Source of the DNA: the human T2T-CHM13v2.0 reference genome, Homo sapiens
NCBI RefSeq assembly: GCF_009914755.1
Contig: NC_060946.1
Length of the DNA: 64,000 nt
Strand: one strand, 5' to 3'
Position numbers and translations under genes: made by a program. Shown one piece after another: positions 15,641 through 28,999 of this stretch (positions are counted from its first letter, which is position 1; each line of letters starts with the position of its first letter). Below the pieces are notes generated by a model. That model worked only from the letters and a program-made list of their open reading frames with translations, was not told the origin of the DNA and searched no databases.

Positions 15641-16199
15641 CGTGCCAGGCCCCAAATTCTGGCCAGTCCCTTTCGGTGCAGGGTCCTGCCAGCCCCTCAG
15701 GAGTTCAGGCTCTGCTCCGGGCTGGGAGAGGGGTGGGGTCGTGGGACTTGGCTGGGAGGTTGCACCGCACGGCCCTCACAGGCCTTGGAGCAGGTCAGCA
15801 GGGACTGGGCCCTGGAAACCCCTGCCCCTGAGCTCGTCTGTGCAGCACTGGGGCTTCCTGGAGGAGGTGGCACGTGAACAGATCTCGAAGGATGCACAGT
15901 TTAGCAGACAGAGAAGGCAGGATGCTCACCTTGGGCAAGAGGCAGTGAGCCGGTGGACCTGGCCGGGAGCAGTGGCCCCAAGAAAGGGCCCTGCGGTCCT
16001 GTGGGTCTGAGCATGGGCCTCACTGGCCCAATTCACAGGGAACCTTGGGAGACGTTTGGACTCCCAGTAGCCATGGCGCCCTGCGGCGGACCTGGACTGA
16101 CCCCTGTGTGGTCCTGCGTGGCGTGGAGAGGGGAGTGGGGTGGTCTGCTCTTTGGAGAATGCTCTTGCTCTCTTCTAAGGCAGAATTGGAGCTTCGCGA

Positions 16200-16420
16200 A
16201 TTCATTCATTCACTCACGTATCCATTCACTTGTTCTTCCATTTGTCTATTCTACCTTCATTTGTTCTTATTCGTGTGTTCACTCATTCACTTATTCATTC
16301 ACTTGCTCATTCATTTCTTCATTCCCTCGTGGCTTCTCCTTCACCCTACTCTCTCCTTCATTCCTTCACTCACTCACTCTTTCACTGGTATTTCATTCCT
16401 GGGTTCAATCCATTCTTTCA
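16200..16420. repeat. Degenerate (TTCA)n low-complexity tract
   Basis: Recurrent CATT/CACT tetramers. Confidence 0.8.
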
Positions 16421-17800
16421 CTGTTCAGGAGGCTTCGGCAGGTGCCGGTGTGGGGCTCACGAGGAGGGACCTTCCCACAAAGGAGGTGATCAGCAGTGGC
16501 AGACGGCAGCTGTGAGGCCCATGTGAGGGGTTTTAGAGCAGCCAGCGGGTGGGACCTGCCCAAGTGCTTCCCTGGCCCTGGGGTGGGGCAGGCAGTGGCC
16601 CAGGTATGGTGTTCCTGGCCCTGCACACTCTGGACCCAGCCCCAGCTGCTGGGGACCCTCAGGCCTCCCAGAGCTCCCCTCCCCTGCGGGCACCCAGGAC
16701 AGAAACCAGCCGGCCTCAGCTCCCTGGGGTCCTTCCCTTGTCACCACCAGTCAGGCTGGGAAGGTCCAATTCTGCCCTGGGCAGCGGGGCCAGCACTGCC
16801 TTCTCTGTGGCCCGCTAACCTCCGCACCTCACTGAGCCCTGGACCTGCCCGGGCTCCTTGTCTGGTCTCCTTTCCAGGAAGCTCCTTCTGGAAGGGTCCA
16901 CACCTTTCTCACCTCTCAGGGTCTACCAGGGAGGCCCGGGGCTGGGTGGTGTGGGGTCGGCCTCATAAGATGGGTCACACTGGGTCCCTGCATGCCCGGG
17001 GTCACAGGCGTACTCTGCCTACTCGCGTTGTTCCCCCACAGGCAGAGCAGCAGCCAGGCCTCCTGGGATGTGGCAGGTGGGCCAGTCCGTCCTAACCCCA
17101 GGTGAGCCAACCTGTGCCTGGTGACAAGGTTCCCTATGCCGCCCGCCCTGACCCACGACCTCAGCGACTGTAGCTAGCATGCTCAAAAGCTCTCAGAGAA
17201 TTTCTGGAACTTCTCTTTCCTGTGGTGGTCTCACTTAGGCGCATTCTAGCACAGTCTCCTGGGGTTGGCTTTCGCCAGCGCTGAATGTGGGTAACTGCGC
17301 CACCCCTCGGGTCTGCAGGAGCCAGCAGCCCAGCCTCAGGGAGCCCTTGTTTGCGGTTGAGCCCCTGGGTTTGGGCAAATGTGGCCAGGAGAGCAGCGCA
17401 GCCTGTGTGGCCCGGGGTCAACCAGTACCCAGGAGGCTCCAGAGCCTTGAGTAAAAACTTCAGGGCTGGACTCACTTCGTGGTTTTCAAATGTTTTTAGC
17501 AGCGGGGCCCCTTTGTCAAACCAACTCTTTTGTGGGACCCTGACTTGTAAAACCATCCAAGTGGAGTGTCCTGTGAGGGGGGTCTGAGGGCCAGACCCTG
17601 CCTGAGCGGGTCCTGGACACCCACCCTGAGCCCTAGACCACATCAGACATGGCCCAAAGTCCTCCCAGTGCCCAAAAGTCCTCCCACACTCTGCACCCCA
17701 AAATGACATCTGACTTCGTGGCCTCTGAGTCAGCCATGCCAGCGATCCAGGCCCCAAGCCCCTCTCCCTCCAGCACATGCGGTGCGAGATGGAAGAGACC

Positions 17801-17971
17801 CTGCAGCCTCTGCCACCTGGCTGCCCCCCTGCAGCTTCTGCCACCTGGCTGCCCCCCTGCAGCTTCTGCCACCTGGCTGCCCCCCTGCAGCTTCTGCCAC
17901 CTGGCTGCCCCCCTGCAGCTTCTGCCACCTGGCTGCGCCCCTGCAGCTTCTGCCACCTGGCTGCCCCTGCA
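17801..17971. repeat. 28-bp minisatellite, 6 copies (CTGCAGCTTCTGCCACCTGGCTGCCCCC)
   Basis: Units start at 17801, 17829, 17857, 17885, 17913 and 17941. Confidence 0.97.
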
Positions 17972-18415
17972 AAGCCCCACCCAGTGTGAGGACAGAGATG
18001 TGCTCCTCTTAATCCCTTGGGGCCAATTGTCCTGTGTGATTTGGTTCAAAAAGTATTCGCTAAGTCCTGCTGTGTGCCAGGCTCCAGGGCACTCCAGAAA
18101 GATGCCCAGCCTTCTGTTCTTCTCTGGAAAGGTCTCCAGACCCTAAGGATGGATGGATGGGTTGAGGGCCTCATCGGGGTCCCCTAGTCCCAGAGTGTTC
18201 CTGGATCTGACACTCAGTACACTGTTCCCAGGGCAGTCTTTGCATTCAGTAGTGCTCAAAAAACACATTCAATGGACAAAGGTGCACCGGAGCTCGTGTT
18301 CTCTTAGCGACCTGAGCACAGCCAGGCTGGGAGGGACCAGGCCTGGGGTGGGAGGAGGGGACATCGGCATCTCCTTTGGGCTTCCTGGTGCATCTGGCGG
18401 GCTCCTGAATCCTCT

Positions 18416-18560
18416 CTTTATTTTGATTTTTAATTTTTAAAATAGAGATGGAGTCTCGCTATGTTGCCCAGGCTGGTCTTAAACTCCTGGATTCAAGCAA
18501 TCCTCCTGCTTTGGCCTCCCAAGGTTCTGGGGTCGCAGGCCTGAGCTGCGGCACCCAGCC
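18416..18560 (-). mobile_element. Alu left monomer (FLAM-like)
   Basis: Antisense left arm only, with a T-rich tail. Confidence 0.82.
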
Positions 18561-19718
18561 AGGTTCCTGCCTCCTCTCTGCCTGGCGTTTGGTTCTGTAC
18601 TTACAGATTCTTGTTTTCTGAGTGTGCGGAGAGCCTCCCTGGCTTCCTCTGGGCTGGAGTTTTGGCATCATCTCACCATTGAACCGGTATCTGGAAAATA
18701 CCCCTCCCCTGGTTCCACAAAAGCTCGCTGTGTGCCTGCCACGCCCCGGGGTCTGTCACTGGCCTATCGCGGTGACAAGCCGGCCACCACCCCCAGCTGA
18801 GGCATTCATGCCGATCAGAACAAACCAGAGGCCTGGGGACCATGCTCAGTGGCCAGTGACTGGGAGGTGTCTTCACGTGGGGCCCGGGGGTGAGGCCTGA
18901 GGATCAGCAGGTTGACCACAGGGAGGTCTGTGGGGAGAGTCCGGGCGGAGGGGCTGAGGGTGCCGCGGTCCCAAGAGGGGGCTTGTTTAACGGAAGTTGA
19001 GGACCAGGGCAGGCACAGACCTGAGAGCGTCAGAAGGGATTAGGGGCATCCTTGGAGGTTTTGGACGGGCTGCCGGTGCGGCCTGCTGTGCATGTTACTA
19101 AGATCACTCAAGTGGCAGCTGGGAGACACGGTGGGCGGAGGCCCAGAGTTGAAGGGAGAGATGATGGTGCTTGGGCGGAGGGGATGGGGTGGCAGGGTGA
19201 AAGATGGGTGTTGGGGGTAGGGTTCAGGGGACAAAACTGGGGTTCCACGTTCTCACCTGACCCACAGGCAGACAAGGGGGTCTGGGGAGATTCCACAGGG
19301 AGACTCTGATGTCCTTGGAGGTAAGATGATCCCTGGCAGGAAGGCCTGGGGTGGGGCATGGGAAAGGTAAGAGCCACTGGTCACTGAACATCCACTCTGC
19401 ACAGCACCTCACTCCCGATGCCCACGAGAGCCCTTGAGCAGGGGCCAGGATGACCTAGGCCAGGCTCAGGGCCAGGTGCTTTGCTGCACACGGAGCCCCA
19501 AGGGTCAGAGCCGACGCTCACCCAGGCCTGCCGCACGCCATCCCCCACCCGACCAGCAATCATGCCTCTGGGCTGTAATGCACCAGGACCCTTGCTTTTC
19601 TCCCCAAACCCCAATTCTGGATGCCCAGCTGCAGCCAGCTCCGATGGACCCTCTTCTGTCCCCTGCTCCAGAGGAGCTGCCCCTGGGGTCTTCTCTGAGC
19701 CTCTCTACCCAGGCCGCT

Positions 19719-20160
19719 TGCAGGAGGCTGAATGATGGCCCCCAAACATGTCCAGCCCCTGAGCCCTGGATTCTGGAGAGAATGCCCTGCAAGGCAGATG
19801 GGGTTGAGTGGAGGATTTTTTGATGGGAGGATTATCCGGGATGATCCGGATGGGCCCTAATGCAATCACAGGCATCCTTTTAAGAGGGAGCTGCGGCCCC
19901 AAGGCCGTGGGAAGAGGAGCGCAGGGAGATTTGAAGATGCTGCCCTCCAAGTCCGGGTGATGCCGCCGCAAGCCGAGGGCGCCGGCAGCCATCAGAGGCT
20001 GGGTCCTCCCCTGGAGCCAGGAGGGAGCGTGGCCCCGCCCACCTCTGGATTTGGGCCCAAGGATGCCGATTTCAGACTCCTGGCCTCCAGCACTGTGAGA
20101 GAATAAATGTTGCTTCAAGCCCCGCTTCTGTCATTCAGTCCAGCAGCCCCAGGACACCAT
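19719..20160 (+). mobile_element. MaLR solo LTR (MLT1-type)
   Basis: MLT1 hallmarks: gctgaatgatggccccc, gggccctaatgcaatcacaggcatcctt, tggcctccagcactgtgagagAATAAAtgttg. Confidence 0.8.
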
Positions 20161-23100
20161 GCCCTCCCAGCTCAAGTTCCTCAGCGTGGAAGCCTCTTTG
20201 CTGTCCCCACCAGCGGCTCAGCCAGACTTCCCAGGTCTCTCCAAGCCTGGGAGCTCCTGGGGAACATCTTGCTTTCTTGGGACACAGCTCAGGGTCCAAG
20301 ATGGGGCCATCAGAGCAGCACCCCCAACAGGAGGACGCCGGCCCCCACATGGCTCACGGAGGCCCCGCCAATCGCTGCAGGGAGTCCTGGGCAGGAAGGG
20401 CATCCCTAGGGAAGCAGGGGGAGCTCCAGCCAACCTTAGGATGCAGGGCATCACTGCACAACACACCGAGGGGAGGCGCGCCGGAGCAAGGGTGAGAGGG
20501 GGAAGTTGCCAGGCGAGTTCAGGAAGGGCTGGGGAGCTCAGGGAGGGTGGAGACCCTGGGAGGCTCTCTGGAGCGGGAGGCTCTGCGGGGTGGGGACTGT
20601 TGGATGACGCAACCAAGCATGTGCTTCAGGCCCCAAGCCCTCCATTTGAGCCCTTTTAAGAATAAAAACAAATATTTGTGTTGCATATTGTGCGTGTTGG
20701 GGTTGAGTTTTCTTCTTAAGGCTAAAAATAGGTGCATCTCCGCGTCCCCACAGGGATTCCTCCCGCCCCACCCAGAGTTGTGCAAGTCCTGGTCTGGCGC
20801 TCCGGATCTCATGCCAAGTTTTGACTTCACCGCCAGCGATGGGTGTAGGAAAGGTGGCAGAAAACGATTATGAGGTGGAGGCTGCCCACTGCAGCTGCAG
20901 AAGGCTTGGCAGGGCCAGGCAGGCCACGCCCAGGCAGGTGGCATCGACCCTGTTCTGGAAGAGGCATCGTGCCCACTGAGGCCTGAAGGGCGACCGGGTG
21001 AAGGGGCTGTGTCTCTGCCTGAGGGAACTGCCAAGGTGAGGCTGGGACAGTCCTGGACTTACTGGCCCTGGCTAGGCTGGTGTGGAGACTGAGGGGGCTA
21101 GTGAGGGGGAGCCAGGGAGCACTGGAGGATGAGAAGTCTGCAGGGCTTGTTGGGGGGTGTGGGGTGTGGGGTCCAGGGTAGACACGGGGAAATGATGGTC
21201 AGCCACTTCACGGGGTTTGGGGAAGACACTGCGGCCCCGAGTGCCTGCGGGGACAGAACAGTGTGGGGGTGCAGCTTGGCATGAACATAGGGACCCCCAG
21301 GAGAGGGGCCTGTGGGGTCCAGGGGGAGCCCAGGGCAAGTGGCCCCAGGCAATCTCCAGCAGGGAGGGGCAGTTCGGGGAAGGCGCAGCTCTTACGAGAT
21401 CATGATAAGTACAGAGGGGATGGGGGGTTCAAGGAGGAGCTCTCTGGCTGGCTGGGGACAGGAGGGGACCCAGGGGCCAGTGAAGGGAGAGAGGGCCCTG
21501 GGGAGGAACCGAGGAGAGGTGAGAGACACCAGCTGAGGGGCCCTTGAAAACTAGCAGAGAGGCTGGGGGCTTCCAGGCCTCAAGGCTGAGCCAGATAATG
21601 GTCACAGGGGGAATTCATAAACTGTAAAGTGCTGTTGGCACGTGGGCAAGGGGCTCTTTGAATCTTCACCAGGAAGCGATCCAGCTGCCATGAAAATCCC
21701 CTTCTGGAGCCCCAACTTCCCAGAAGCCAACCCTGGGCTGCCTCCAGGTCTGCAGAGCTCCCAGGACACAGCCCTGCCCTCCCCTACCGCACCCACACCC
21801 CCATCTCCCCTCCACCCATGGGTCTGCCCAGGGGAGGGGAGGGGCCTTTGCTGGGCCCTGAGCAGGGCGGGTGGCTAAGAGACCTCCCAGGGCTCCTGGC
21901 TTTGCTGCCAGCTGGAGGGACACAGCTGCTCTCTGAGGGTCTCTTGGCCCCCAAGGCGGGCAGGGGGAGGGGCTTCCATGGAGTACGCCTCCCTGCTGCT
22001 ACCCAGGCACTCTCAACCCAGCTTACAGGGGAAACTGAGGTAGCACGAGGCCAAGGTCACACAGATAGACCCCACCAGAGCCTGTCTGAGAGCGGCTGTC
22101 CAGCTCAGAACCCCTGCTCTCAGCCTGCTCCTGGGCCCGGCTAGCCAGTCCCTCCACCACAGGCCATGCCAGGTGAACGAGGGGCGGGTGCCTCCCCCGC
22201 CAGGTTCCCCGCTGAGCCTGTGTCCTGGCTCCTTTCCCCACCCCTGGGGGGGCCTGGAGAAAGTCCCCCCACACCTGAAGGATACCTGGGATGCTCAGCC
22301 TGGGCCAGGCACACCCTTGCCTCCTCTGGCCTTCCCTCCCTGGGGTCCCTGTCCAGAGCCTGCCTGACCTCTGTGCGGGGATGCCCCTGGTCTGCCTGCA
22401 AAATGCCTCTAGAACCCCATGCTTCTCCCATGCACCTCTTGACCTGACCTGAGAGTGGCCTCCTCACCCTCTCCCTGCCTCATCCCCTGCCTCGCTGGGC
22501 TTTTCCCTGCACTGCAGCTTAGGGACCCTCTTAGAAATGAAGGCAGACCATGTCCTTGTCTGCCACCAGCCCTGCAGTGCCCATTGAGTCACTGAGAGGA
22601 AAGGCCACATCATCTTGGTGGCCCAAAAAGACCCTGCTGTCTGCCCAGCCACACCTCTGCACTCCTCTCCTCTCGCTCTGTCCCAACCACTGACCTCCTA
22701 CAGCTCCTGGCCATCAGTCATTCTCCCGCCTCCCAGCCTTACGCCTGGAACACCGTCCACACCCTCCACACCCCACTCCCTCCTCTCCTGCACTGCCATC
22801 TCTGTGTGGCCTGCTCTGCCTCTGGCTCTTCCTGAGCCATGATGACTTCCTTCCATGCTGAGTGCTTGATGATTTATAACACCTGCTTCCTTCATAGTAG
22901 GTGTTGATGGTCTCACATCCCCCTCCAGACTGTCACCTCCCTGTGGGCAGGACTTTTGCCAGACACATGGGAGAAGCAATAACGTCTGTGGAACCAATGA
23001 ACAAGGGTGAGACAGAGCTTCTCACCTCTGAAGGGAACTCCCAGTGTCAGGCACAGAAGAAGAGGCTTCCCCCAGACCCTGGCCCAGAACTGCAACCCCT

Positions 23101-24091
23101 TCCAACCACAGAACGAAGTCTTCTTGTACTACAACTAAACATACAGCCTCTCAGCATCTCAGAATTGTGGAATCAGAACACCAGGGGCTGCACACCTCCC
23201 TCTCCATCATGCGGAGATCAAACCATGCTTGAATGCCTCCAGTGGTGGGGAATTCCCTCCTCCTAGTGGCTTGGCTAGCCTGAAAAAGGCCTTTCTAATG
23301 CAGCCTGAGGCCTGCCCCTACTAGGCCTCCTAGGGCTGCCCCATGCAGTGTCTAGAATGAGAGGTGCTGGTGGATCCACATAGCAGTAACCCTTGCCACA
23401 GAGTGGGGCCCTTTGAGATTGAGGAGTGCCCTTCCCTGCAGAGTACTCCCTGGCTCCCTGAGATAGTCCTGGTGACTCGGATCTGTCGCCACCTGCCCTC
23501 CCCCTCCCAGAGTGTCTGTGGTTGAGATTTAATCGATCCCTCTTTCCTGGGAACCAGGTGAGGAAGCAGATGTTAGTCACTGTCTGTGTCAGGACCCATT
23601 GGCCAGCCTGTCCCCCCTCTCAGCAGGCAAGGTGCCCCCCTTGCAGGGCTGGTTGACAAGGAGCCCAAAGCCCTTGGCATTGGCCTTGTTGGTGCAATGC
23701 AGGCATTTATGATGAGCCTGGGGGAGCAGCCTGCTCTGTGCCCACCCAAGCTCAGCCCATCCTGGGGTCTGATACGAACCCCAGGGATCAGCCTGTCCAA
23801 ATAGGGCAACCGAGGCTTAGAGGAGGAGTGTGGAAGCCTCTCCTGGAGAGCTTTTGCTGGGCTAGACGGACCTGGGGAAACAGCCTCCTCCCCAGGGCAA
23901 CCTGAGGCCAACAGCCCTAGCCCACTGGGCCTGGCAGGGGGCTTGAGAGGGGGCTAGGAATAGCACCAAGAGGGGCCCCAGTGCCCAGCCCTCACTCCCC
24001 ACTCCCCTACAGCCTCATCACAGCATGGGACACTTTCCTCCTGGGACCTAGGAGCTTGGCAGGCAGCCGGGGGTGGCTGGGCAGCCACAGG

Positions 24092-24277
24092 CCTTGTCCA
24101 GAGGGCACCAGGCTGCAGGGCCACAGGTGGGTGGGGTGGAGGGGGTGAGAGCTCCTTGTCCAGAGGGCACCAGGCTGCTGGGTCACAGGTGGTTGGGGTA
24201 GGGGGGCGAGAGCTCCTTGTCCAAAGGGCATCAGGCTGCAGGGCCACAGGTGGGTGGGATGGGGGGTGAGAGTTCCT
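24092..24277. repeat. ~61-bp minisatellite, 3 diverged copies
   Basis: ccttgtcca-anchored units at 24092, 24154 and 24215. Confidence 0.9.
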
Positions 24278-24870
24278 GCTGAATGCTAGAAACCATGGGG
24301 CTCAAGAGCAAGAGTCCCCTCTGTCCCTCCAGAATCTTCTGAAACCTTGTCTCCAAGCTCTACCAGCCCCTGCCCCAGCTCCCACTAACTCCATCTCCAC
24401 TGTCCCTTCAGTTACCCCAGGCTCGCCGCTTCCTTTCCCTCTGGCTCCCACGGTCTCCCCCCTTTCCTTTCCTACTTTTGCTTCTGGTCTCACCCTCCAC
24501 ACAGCTCCTCTAGGAAGCCATCCCTGAGTGCCCAGGCAGGGCTGCACTGCTGGCCCCTACTTCCCTCCATGGCACACTTGGTCATGGAGGCTGAGGGGAA
24601 CTGTTCATTTGTCATTTTGCCCCTCGTCCTGGCCTGGGGCTAACTGGGAGAGGACCCCACTTGAGACTCAGCTCTGAGACCCCACAATGCCCGACCATGC
24701 TCCAGGCGCTGAAGTGCCCAGCACGTGATGGGCACGTGAAGACATGAGTGAAGAAACGAGTGTGTGACTGGGTGGATGCCATGGGCCGTGCTTGGTGGGA
24801 GCCAGAGGGAGGGTTGGAGCCGGGGGCCAGGGAAGAACCGTGGGCAGGGCCCCCACCCATCTGGAAAAGT

Positions 24871-25154
24871 GGGATGGTGTACGCAGGTCCAGCCGGCAAG
24901 TGGCCCCAGCTGTGGCTTCTTTGGCCCCAGCCGCTCGGACGGGGATGGTGTGCGCAGGTCCAGCCGGCAAGTGGCCCCAGCTGTGGCTTCTTTGGCCCCA
25001 GCAGCTCAGATGGGGATGGTGTGCGCAGGTCCAGCCGGCAAGTGGCCCCAGCTGTGGCTTCTTTGGCCCCAGCAGCTCAGATGGGGATGGTGTGCGCAGG
25101 TCCAGCCGGCAAGTGGCCCCAGCTGTGGCTTCTTTGGCCCCAGCCGCTCTGACG
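24871..25154. repeat. 71-bp minisatellite, 4 copies
   Basis: gggatggtgt-anchored units at 24871, 24942, 25013 and 25084, near-identical. Confidence 0.97.
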
Positions 25155-26496
25155 AGGGCTTCCAGGGCTGCAGACGCCACAGGGACCTCTCCAGGGGTCC
25201 TGCCCAAGACCTTCCACTGGGCTTCTCCTGGCACTGTGCTTGTGAGGCCACCCTTAGGCCTCAGGGTGGTTTGGCTGCCTGCCCAGGGAAAGCAGTGTGG
25301 CCTCAGGTAGGACACCTGGGTCTGGACCCAGAAGGTGTCCCGGCCTTGCCCTGCTGGCCTCAGGCCCTTGCCTGCAGATGGAGTGAGAGGACTCCTCAGC
25401 TTCCGCCTGCGTCTCCTCCCCGCTGCTTCCGAGTGAGGCTGGGAGGGTTTTCCCTTCTGTGGCTACAGGACTCCAGCTGTGAGAGGTGAGTGGCCCAGAC
25501 CACAAGAGGTCCTGGACACAGGACAGTGGCCTGGAGGCCCAGGCTGCCTCCCCTGGCACGACCTCCATGTGTCCTAAGGTGGGGTCAGCAGACGACTCGA
25601 AAAAGAGCTGGGTCTCCAGTTCTGGCTGGAGGCACTGCTCACCCCAGGGTCCTGGCAGGAGCACCTGCCAAGGGCAGGCTGTAGGTGAACTTTGGGTCCT
25701 GAGACCCCCTCTCCTTTGCATTTTGCTGGCCACCTGCCCACTGGGCACTGTGTATCTATGGGGCACTGCTGTGGGCATCAACATGCAACTCCCTGGATCC
25801 CCAAAACTCACAGGCTCTGATTCCCAAGGGTCCTAGGGCACCCAGGCCAAGTGGCTCTGAGTCCCCGGGTCCTTCAAGTGCAAAGACCTGATGAACAGAC
25901 AGGTAGAACCCTAGGGAAGGAAGGCAGGTGCAAGCTCAGACTCAGAGGGAAACAGGCTAGGACGAGGCCTGGGTCACCGCCAGCTGGAGTCCCTGGTTCC
26001 CGTGGCGGAAGGAGTCTGCAGCACCTGCTCCAGCTTTGGGCTCTCCCGGGAGCAAGCTGGCGGCTCTGCTCGGGGAGCTCAGGTTTTCCCGTGTGTCTGG
26101 CACACGGTGATTCAGCCACCCCTCCCTGTGCACCGCTCTGCCCCTCTGCCCCTCTACCCCCTGACCACGGCCCCTCCCAAGGGGCCAGCAAGACTAGCCC
26201 AGCTTGGGGAAAAGGTGGTCCACAGCCCCTCCTTCCTGATCCCCCTCCTTTAACTCCCAGTTCTGGGAGTTGTGAAGTTCACTCAGACGCATCGAACTCA
26301 GACCTTGCCTGCTGCTTTTTAACTGGGTCTTTCTTGTTCTGTTGGTGAAGATACAGTGTTGCTCGTCATCTCTCTGCGACCAGCCATAGCCACTCTGTTC
26401 CCCTTCATCTCTCTGTGACCTTGGACAAGGTCCCTGGGCCTCTGTGTCCCCTCATGGGAGGAGGCACATGAGTTGGGTAGAAGGAAGACCCCAGAG

Positions 26497-26640
26497 GGCC
26501 TGGATTCAAATCCTGGTTCTGCCTTTCACTGGCTGTTGAGCTTGGACGGGTTTCCTTACTCTCTGTGCCTCAGTTTTGCCATCTGTAAAATGGAACTAGC
26601 ACTGACCTATTTGGGGAAGGGGTGTTGTAAAGGTCGTGGA
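26497..26640 (+). mobile_element. MIR
   Basis: ggattcaaatcctggttctgcc...ctctgtgcctcagttttgccatctgtaaaatgg. Confidence 0.8.
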
Positions 26641-28999
26641 CACGTGTGGAACAGGCCCAAGGCCTAGCACGGGGCTGTGCTGGACCTCAGCCAGCTTGGG
26701 AGACAGGGGCCGTCACAGAAACAGGACGCTGCCCCTAAGGGTGGGAGCTGAGGCAGGGGAGGAGGAGAGAGCAAGACTCTACAGCCAGCTTGTTGCAAGC
26801 CGGGGTCAGGGAAGGAAGAGTGTGGGGTGCATCCTGGGAAGAGCCAGCGGGAGCACAGGCAGGGCTGGGGCTCACTCTGCAGGGGGACGGGGAGGGGATG
26901 GGCTGTGGGCACCTCAGTGGGTCAGAAAGGACTCTAAGGGTACACCAATGAGACATCCTCTGCCCTCCAGGGCCACAGGGCCCCTGTGTGCTCTGGCCAC
27001 CAGACAGTGCCAAGTGAATGGCGCGGGCAGCCCTGTGGGACAGGGCAGGGTGGGAGCCAGGGCTGCAGCTCAGCTGTGAGTCAGGGAAGGACGTGGATCC
27101 CCCAAGAGAGGAGGAGGGGACCCGGTGGCAGCAGGGCAGAGGCTCTGTTCCCTTACGTCCCTTCTACAGAGCGGGAAGCCCGGGCTCAGAGGCCTGGAGG
27201 AGTGAGTGCAGAAAAAACCCTTTCCTCGCTCCCAGGCTGCCTGGGTCGTCAGCTGTTGCATCCCCCCAGATGGGCCACCAGCCTCACCACCGGCAGCTGT
27301 GGGCACAGGCACCGCAGGGGAAGTGGGGTCGGAAGTCAGGGCCAGCCCAGGGCAGAACTGAAGTTGCAAAGGAATTAGCCAGCGAGCCTGCGTAGAGATG
27401 GGCTCCCAGAACTCCGGCCCTTCCAGCCATCGGTCCCCAAACCTTACGCAGCAAAGCCCACAGGAATGGCCTATGTCTGGGAGCAGCCAGGTGGCACGCC
27501 TGGTGCGGGAACCGCTGGGGCCAATCAGAGGGCAGGAAAGCCCCTGGTGTGGGCAACACCTGCAGGGCAGGGGTGGCCAGGGCTAAGCACGTGGGGGCAC
27601 CACCCCATGCAGCAGTGAGCCACTGAGTGGGGGTGCGAGGGGCTGGCCAGGGGGAAATGCTCCCAAAATGTGAGCCTTAGGGGCGGAGGCTGGGGTCAGG
27701 TGGGCCCCCGGGCCAGGCCAGCAGTAAGGGTGAGGCCTCCAGCAGGCCCCCTGGGAGGATGTGCAGGGCAGCCCGAGGGGACTGGGTGGGGGTTGAACCA
27801 GAGCCAAGAAATCAGTACAGTCTGGGCACCAGGGCCGGGCATCTCAGAGGCTTCCTCATTCCTGGCCCTGTGGGAGTAGCCGGACCCCGGCGTGCCGCTG
27901 CTGCCGCCGCCGCCGCTGATTCACTTACTGTCTCACGGGGAACCAGGGCCTCCTGCCAAACTGCCCAGCCCAGGCCCCATGCACGCCAGCCCCATGAGCC
28001 CCACCGACCACCAAGTCCTGGCTCCGGGCCACCCTCTGCTCTTAGATGGGGAGACTGAGGCTGTACATCCAGGAGGGTCGCCCCAGAGGCTGCCCATGCA
28101 TCAGGAAGGAACAGGGCTGGGACTGTGAATCCAACACTCTTTTCTGGCTGTCGCCCCCTCTCCACACCCTGGAGGGGTCCATTCCCCTTGAGAAGCCCCT
28201 CCACTGGGATCTGGGTCTGGGGCCAGTTCCGTGGGTGCCCGGGCTGGGCACAGCAAGGATGGGGTCTGTTTGATCAGCAGTTCCACCCGATGCCAGGCTG
28301 CTGGGACAGCGGGCAGTGGCCAAACCGGCCCTGCCACATGCCTCTGGCCCTCGGGGAAGTGCTGTGCATCGCCGTGTGCACGGCTCTCGCAGGATGCAGG
28401 CTCTGCCATGGCCAGGCTCTGGGGAGGAGCAGCGGAGCCTGTGGCCAGCTGCAGGCTGTTGAGCTTCTGGGGGCCTCATGCCACCTTCCCAGGCCTGGTG
28501 AGAGCAAGGCAGTCCCCAGGGCTGTGGAGCCAAAATCCACCAGACCCAGCTGGATGGACCTACAGGGACCCTGAAAGCCAGACCCCACCCTGGTCAGAGG
28601 GAAGCAGAGGCACAGGGCCCAGTGGGGCCTGCTGTCCCTTCTTCTTACAGCAGCTCTGGCCCAGCCCCCAGTAACCAGGTGCCAGGCCCATGGCCCTCCT
28701 GTCCCCGCAGCCTGAGCCTGGTGCTGTCCAGCAAGGCCTCAGGGTCTGTGTCCAGTGCCCCAGCTCCCCTGGCTGGGTGGGGACAGCCCAAAGGTGCCTG
28801 GAGGCAGGTAGGCATGACTTGATCTCAAGGGTGGGCTCTGGGCAAGGGTGTCTGGTGTGAGGATGGGAGGGACGGCCCACAGAGGGGCAGGAGGAAGCCA
28901 GACAGCTGGGGGCACATGAAGGCCTTGGGGGCTCGTCCTGGGTGGGCAGAGCATGTGTCCCCACCGGTGGGGCCGCAGCTGCAGGTACATCGCATGGGG

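Noticed and set aside
24668-25489. Long overlapping ORFs with repeated peptides (also 17161-18146, 51319-52133, 61731-62146)
   Set aside because: Stop-free frames through tandem repeats.
27893-27917. Short (GCC/GCT)n run encoding poly-Ala in ORFs
   Set aside because: Only ~8 triplets, intergenic, with no exon context.
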